A stretch of 52,408 nucleotides of DNA, the filler included, from Squatina squatina (lineage: Eukaryota): NCBI GenBank assembly GCA_031763465.1. It is 2 parts of 2 records of this genome, joined end to end, with 100 filler letters (N's around TTAATTAATTAA, not from the genome) between each part and the next. Parts side by side here need not be neighbours in the genome. Positions count along the whole stretch, not along the records: positions 31,658 to 52,408 come from JARFOE010000219.1; 1 more part is not named here. One strand, 5' to 3'. The translations under genes were made by a program, and so were the position numbers. The notes beneath the pieces are model-generated. The model was given only the letters and a program-made list of their open reading frames with translations. It ran no database searches and was not told where the DNA came from. Below, one piece after another: positions 46,132 through 52,408 of this stretch; the stretch's first letter is position 1; each line of letters starts with the position of its first letter.

Positions 46132-48499
46132 NNNNNNNNNNNNNNNNNNNNNNNNNNNNNNNNNNNNNNNNNNNNNNNNNNNNNNNNNNNNNNNNNNNNN
46201 NNNNNNNNNNNNNNNNNNNNNNNNNNNNNNNTTGCCAGTTTTATTGTTTTAGTGTTTCTTTGCACTTTTTAAATAATTGAATTGAGCTCTGACCATTCAT
46301 CATAATTTTGGGCAGGACGGAAATAAATTACTGTAACACGGGCAGTCTGTCTGATGGAAGATGTTACTGTGTGGCAAATTGGGTAGGACAACAAACTGGA
46401 TTGTACCACGTTTATGCTTTTTACATTTAATCAATTTATTATACAAAACTGTTTATTCAAACACTTTGCAGCACTTTAGAAGCAAAATAATCCTCCGAGC
46501 AAAGCATTATCACATCACTAATATTTTATAAGTATAGTCTTCAAAAATGTCTTGCCACCAGAACATTCAGATTTTAAAAATGTGAATAAACTGTACACTC
46601 ACTTAAGAGAATCTGGAATACATTTGTGCACTTATGGAAAATGAAACAACATGATTCTAAATTAAATGGTGATGTGAAATGTGAGCTTCACTGCTGAAGC
46701 AAAATAAAAGTTTGTTAGAGTTTGATTTCTGTTGAGGCTAAATGGCAGGGTTCTAAAGTTTTACATCTACATGGAAATAGGGAAAAATATTGATGAGCCC
46801 AAACACAACTACTGTGCAGTTTCCTTGAACACCACTGGAGNNNNNNNNNNNNNNNNNNNNNNNNNNNNNNNNNNNNNNNNNNNNTTGCTGTAGGGCAGGC
46901 TGTGCAGTTTACACTGCCTGGGTGTTTCCCTGATCGCTAATTTCCATGGAAGGAAATGATCCTATGGTTTATGCTATCCACGTTTGTGAATATTTGACCC
47001 ATAATTGGCATTTATTAGTGGACTTGAGATTTGATGGATGAGTGTCAGCATATGGCCAGTTAGCATAAAGGCAGTTAAGGTGACTTTTCAGACTGAATGA
47101 TCAGCAAATATACTGAGCCTTTTTCAACTTTTATATTGAACTAAAACTTCAGATGCTAATGATTGTACTTCAATACTGTTTTTTGTAAAATATCCAGTAT
47201 CTGGCAGAATTATCATGAGATCATAAATGCTGAATGGTCTAGATCAACTGTATAAAATGTTTGTACAAATAATTTTTTGAGACATTAAACTATGAGGAAA
47301 GTATATAGAATTTTTCCACAAAAATGCTTGGAAACTTCTCAATGTTATCAAAAATTGACATTAAGTAAAAGCAGATGTTGAAGAGTTTAGAAAATCAGGA
47401 CATTATTTTCCTGTTTCCATTGCAGTTTGCTAAACACATTATAAATAAGCTTTGATGTAATTCAAAGTACCTTGTTTATTTTGTTGATAGTATCTGTTCA
47501 GAAATTTTATCATCCCTTGTTTAAGTAACAGAATGAACAGATATGTAAGTGAGCTTAAAGAGCTTGCCTTTTGTCTGCATAAAAGAAATATGTTAAAATA
47601 AGTACTTGCACCATTTCAGACCATTCAGGTCTACACAAGCAAAGATTTTTTTACAAAATAAGACCAGTCTTGTGGCAAACAAAGACATAANNNNNNNNNN
47701 NNNNNNNNNNNNNNNNNNNNNNNNNNNNNNNNNNNNNNNNNNNNNNNNNNNNNNNNNNNNNNNNNNNNNNNNNNNNNNNNNNNNNNNNNNCAATACACTG
47801 CGCCAGTAACTAGGAGTTGCATTATTGATTTGCGAGCAGCTCTACATCAAGGATGTCAGATTGCCGATATCAACAGGTTAAAGTATGGGCTTTCTGGAAA
47901 GATGACTTGGGCACAGCAGAACAGCTTTCTAAAGCTGAACGTTTTGGAGTTGAATGCAGGCCTAGATGTGGAAAGTTGTGGGGAGAATGGCAGCCATGCA
48001 CTGAAATAGGGACTTAAGTCAGTAGTTAGACTGCGCACCCACTTCTCTACCACTGCCAAGTTAATTAGACGGTGGAGCCTAGCGGTCTATTCTCTAGTGT
48101 CTGCAAGGTGGTGTTTGTGCTAATTTATGGAATTGTTTTGATTTTATTTCTCTCATCTCATATGGTGCAAACCATCTGTCTAGCCTTTTAATTGAGGTGC
48201 ACCTCTGATGTCCCGATCCACTGCCAATGCAACTGGAAACTTCCCCTATCCCCACATGCAGCAGGTTTTGGAGCTCCCGAGGGCCTTTAAAAGAACAGAG
48301 CTCTTCCAAACAACAAGCCCAGATACTCCAATTTTCCCCTCTGCAATGAATTGACTGTTCTGCAGTTTCAACATTGGGAACAACTCTTGATTGAATTTGA
48401 ATGTCCCTCTGCACATTTTGAATAAGCCTTCAAAGCTAAATGCAATTTAAAAAAAAAGTATCCTCCTCTTGGATTCTTTTCAATCAAGATAAATACATT

Positions 48500-48785
48500 T
48501 TTAAAACTTATTTGTTTATGGGATGTGGGCGTCGCTGGCAAGGCCAGCATTTATTGCCCACCCCTAATTACCCTCGAGAAGATGGTGATGAGTCACCTTC
48601 TTGTACCACTGCAGTCCTTATGGTGAAGTACTCTCTCTGCTGTTACGGAGGGAGTTCCAGGATTTGACCCCGTGATGATGAGCGAATGGCGATATATTTC
48701 CAAGTCAGGATGGCGTGTAACTTGGAGGGGAACTTGCAGCTGATGGTGCTGCCATGCACCTGCTGCCCTTGTCCTTCTAGGTGGA
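48500..48785 (-). mobile_element. 3' end of the LINE or SINE family sharing the tRNA-SINE tail
   Basis: gggatgtgggcgtcgctggcaaggccagcatttattgccca is the reverse complement of the tail at about 43500-43545. Confidence 0.75.
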
Positions 48786-51700
48786 TTGTCACTTCTGGAA
48801 AGCTTTTGAAGAAGTTGGATCAGGCAGGATCTTCCCCTTTTGTATCTCAATTGGCTGCAGTTACGAAATACAGAGAATCTTCAAGTTTACTCCTGACAAC
48901 CTGTTCCATTATTGCACGGAATTATAGTAAGACCAATGGGCCTGTTGTTGCCTGTGTGTGTATTCTTCTCCTTTTTGAATATGGGCACCACACTAACTTG
49001 TTCGCAGATTACTGGTACTGCCCCAGGATCCAATGAGTGCTTCATCATGATAGAGCCTCACAAATCTCTGTCCTGATCTCATTCAGCAATGTGTGAAAAC
49101 TGCCATCTTTCCTTCTGTATTAATTTGTTTTGAACTGTTTTGGCCTGTCTAGTCGTAAATTTTACTAAGTCTAGCTGTGTTTGAGGAGATCATGTTGTGC
49201 ATGTCTTACCTTCTGAATAATTGGTGGAAGTAATCATTCAGAATATTTAATATTTTGTGTTCATCTTCAGTTTCAAGCCCATTTGCATCTTTAAGGTTTT
49301 CACCTCTCATTTGATAGTCCTCTTATTGCCGTACTACTAAAAGTATCATACTTCTATCTTGGCACTGCCACCGTAAAAATAATCTACTGGTAAAAAATAA
49401 CTTCTCAGAGCGCGACAGGGTATTTGGCTCTAGGCTATAGACTTCCACATTGTTCACATCGACTCAGGCTTTACAGTCTCTCCTCAGGCCCCAAGGTGCA
49501 CCAGCCCCTTAAAGACTTTTTAGGCATTATGTGGGGAGATGCAGTCAATATGACCGAAGAGGNNNNNNNNNNCTAATTGCCCAACGTGAAATTGGGGCTG
49601 AGAGACCTAATTTCAGGCACAATTTCTCTGATCTAGCCAAGCATCACAGCCATTTCCATGGACACCAGGAAAGTTGACTCTAGGGCCACAATTTGGTTTG
49701 AAACATGGTTATTATAATAAAGGTTAAATATACTTTGCAGTGGAGAATGCAATTGACGTGCCTGTATTATTGTGACCTTTTTTGTGTGATATATTTGAAT
49801 TTTTAAACTTAATTTTTTTTCCCTTCAGTTAGCTTTGCAAAAATTGCTGAATATTTTGAAGTTTTGTAGTTCTTGCTTAAATTATAAAACGACTACTGGC
49901 TGCATGATTAGTTATGCACAGGGCATAAGAGACTGTCTTTGTCGATATTCAGCTTTATTTTACAACTGAGTGCCATTTCTGGGAGTGGAATAAACCAGAA
50001 ATGCATCCAACTCGTGCAGTATTCTGCTTTTTCAATGGAGTTTAATGGTAAGAAAGGAGGAAATAAACTATATGACATGTATTTTTTAAATTTCCCTGTA
50101 GGTGGAGATGAGGGTTGAGGAATATCGTTACTAGCTGCAAGTTGTGTAATTTGGCTGTTGTAGCATTGTGGGAGCTCTGCATGCTAATGGACGTCAATAT
50201 TTTCTGATATGTAATACTATTCTTTCTGCTTGTGTGAAATATCAATACCAGGACTGCAAAAACAAAATGAGTGCTAGGAGAATATAATGCATTAATTGGC
50301 CTTGCTATTGGTTCAATTCTTTTGTTTTTCCATTCAGTCTTTATCGTTTTTATCTTCCAATAATATAATATAAAACATGAAGTCTGAAGATAAATTCACA
50401 GCAGGAATGCAAAGTAAACAAATCCTTTTATATTTAATTGAGTTTCCTGTGTCATTTAATAAATAAAACAAAAAAGTCACTCTCTGTTGTGACACATCCT
50501 GACATACGATGCTTTCCTTTGAAAAAGTCCTGTTTCATATCTATTTCCGATTTTAATTTTTTAATTTTAGAAAAATATATAGCAGATTTAGTGACTATAC
50601 TGGTTAGTGAAATAATTGTAATATAGTACTTCCACCTGCTAAGAGGGAAACTAAACTGGACAATTTATAGTCCTGGAGATATTGATGAGATTTCATTTTC
50701 ACAGATGAGTTTACTTAAACAGGTGAATATTAGTACAGGTCACACAGCATTTACTTACAGGAGTGTGATGGCCTATTCATATTACACAGCTACTTCAAGA
50801 AGGGCTTCTGTAATATTGTCCGAAGCTTTTGAAGCTGTGGAATCCAATCCGTATATATTGTGGGGCAGGCCCCATAGCACTGGGATGACATGCACAGTTT
50901 AAAAGTTGTGGTTACAAACCTTGCTTATATCTTGGGGAAGGTGGAAACATGTTTGTGGCACTCGGCCTATCATCAATCAGAAAGAGATGTTGTTGTGTAC
51001 CTTTGGCAGCAGCGTACCTTTGCCCCAGAGTGAATATGGGACCACATGAACGCATGNNNNNNNNNNNNNNNNNNNNNNNNNNNNNNNNNNNNNNNNNNNN
51101 NNNNNNNNNNNNNNNNNNNNNNNNNNNNNNNNNNNNNNNNNNNNNNNNNNNNNNNNTGGGGCCCATGAACGCTTCACCATAAACTTAAACAGCACTCCCT
51201 GCTGGTTACTTTAATTGCAATGCATGCCAGGCAATGACAGGAATCTGAACACTGAGAGGGGCTTAGTTACCTGACTGGTTGCATCTGTGCCATGCATCCG
51301 ACTCGTGGCTCCAGCAGCAGGAAAACTTGATCAAAGAAATCAATGAACAGATTGGGCAGAGTGGAAGATTTCCCGCAGAGCCTCACAGCAGAGCAGTAAG
51401 ACGTGGTAGAAGAACTTCTATAAAACTCTACTGCTCTTCATGAGGTTGGATATTTAATCTTTAAACATTTTATTACACATTTGTGTAATAATGTATGGGG
51501 GTACTGTGTGGTGGTGGTGGTGGTGGTGGTGAGGGGGTCAGCCAAATGCTCTTGGTGCCCCAAGAATTCTCAATGTGGTCTTGGACGTGTGGGGGCAGTA
51601 TTTCCCTCTGGAGATGTGGTAGTAAAAAAAAAAATACTTTGTTAGCCTTAGCCCCAAGAAGCAGCAGCATTATTGCCAGGCTGCTGTCAGCAGTAGTGTG

Positions 51701-52073
51701 GTAAAGTAAATGGGACATGAGTTGTTTATTTTAATGTTCCCCATGGTATTTATGATTTCTTTAACAGTGTTATTTTACTGATCAGTATGCATACCGCATC
51801 AACATTTCAGAACCAGTGAAAAAAGCTGGAAAGGTTACCTAGTTAGCAGACAGAGAATACATGACAAGGACTTGGTGGTTTACCAAAAAATACACATTTT
51901 TCTCATTGCCCATTAATCTGCACTGAGAGCAGAGGCTGAGAAACAGAGGTACAGAGTGACATCGAGTATTAACAAGAGCAGATTACACTGAGAAATGGGT
52001 CTCGAGAGAAAGAGTTCATTACTTTGCAATCCATTGTTTGTGGTTGGTATAAGGGAAGGCAGTTTAAAGCTAC

Positions 52074-52408
52074 TGGCAGGACAGGCGTACCAATGTCAGC
52101 GTCCGCTCTCAGGCCAACATCCCCAGCATCGAGGCACTGGTCACGCTCAACCAGCTGCGATGGGCGGGCCACATCGTCCACATGCCCGACTCAAGACTTC
52201 TGAAACAAGCACTCTATTCCAAGCTTTGTCACGGCAAGCGATTACCAGGAGGGCAGAGGCAGCGCTTCAAGGGCGTCCTCAAAACCTCCCTGAAAAAATG
52301 TAACATCCCCACTGACTCCTGGGAATCTCTGGCCCAAGACCGCCCGGACTGGAGGAGAGGCATCCGCGAAGGCGCCAACCATTGGGCTTTTCCAGCGGGA
52401 GCACGTGG
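52074..52408 (+). mobile_element. RTE-clade LINE, 5'-truncated ORF C-terminal fragment
   Basis: Translates to WQDRRTN..SQANIPSIEALVTLNQLRWAGHIVHMPDSRLLKQALY..GGQRQRFK..WESLAQDRPDWRRGI (LRWAGH and DR..WR motifs of RTE). Confidence 0.9.

Noticed and set aside
51506-51531. (GGT)n run giving poly-Gly/poly-Pro ORFs
   Set aside because: Short microsatellite without supporting coding context.

Overview
Fragmentary vertebrate nuclear DNA, most likely a cartilaginous fish (inferred from its CR1, L2, RTE, Penelope and DeuSINE-type repeats). It consists of short contigs separated mostly by fixed 100-N gaps. An artificial N44-TTAATTAATTAA-N44 linker at 31558-31657 splits the window into two probably unrelated blocks. 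The left block carries isolated spliced exons that the ORF track largely misses: two exons of an outer-arm axonemal dynein heavy chain (DNAH8/DNAH5-like, minus), the first large coding exon of SUPT7L (minus), and two exons of SLC4A1AP/kanadaptin (plus), head-to-head with SUPT7L as in human. It also has two exons plus a candidate promoter of an unrecognised minus-strand gene with a FAM53-like RPSLDLEKM motif, a candidate 75-bp exon with a RHIM-like motif, and a hammerhead-ribozyme motif in a Penelope-type repeat. The right block is AT-rich and has no recognisable gene; it holds MITE-like hairpins, a higher-order minisatellite, a CTCF-like site and an RTE LINE fragment. Gene identities come from my recollection of human protein sequences; no database search was run. 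Repeat boundaries are approximate.
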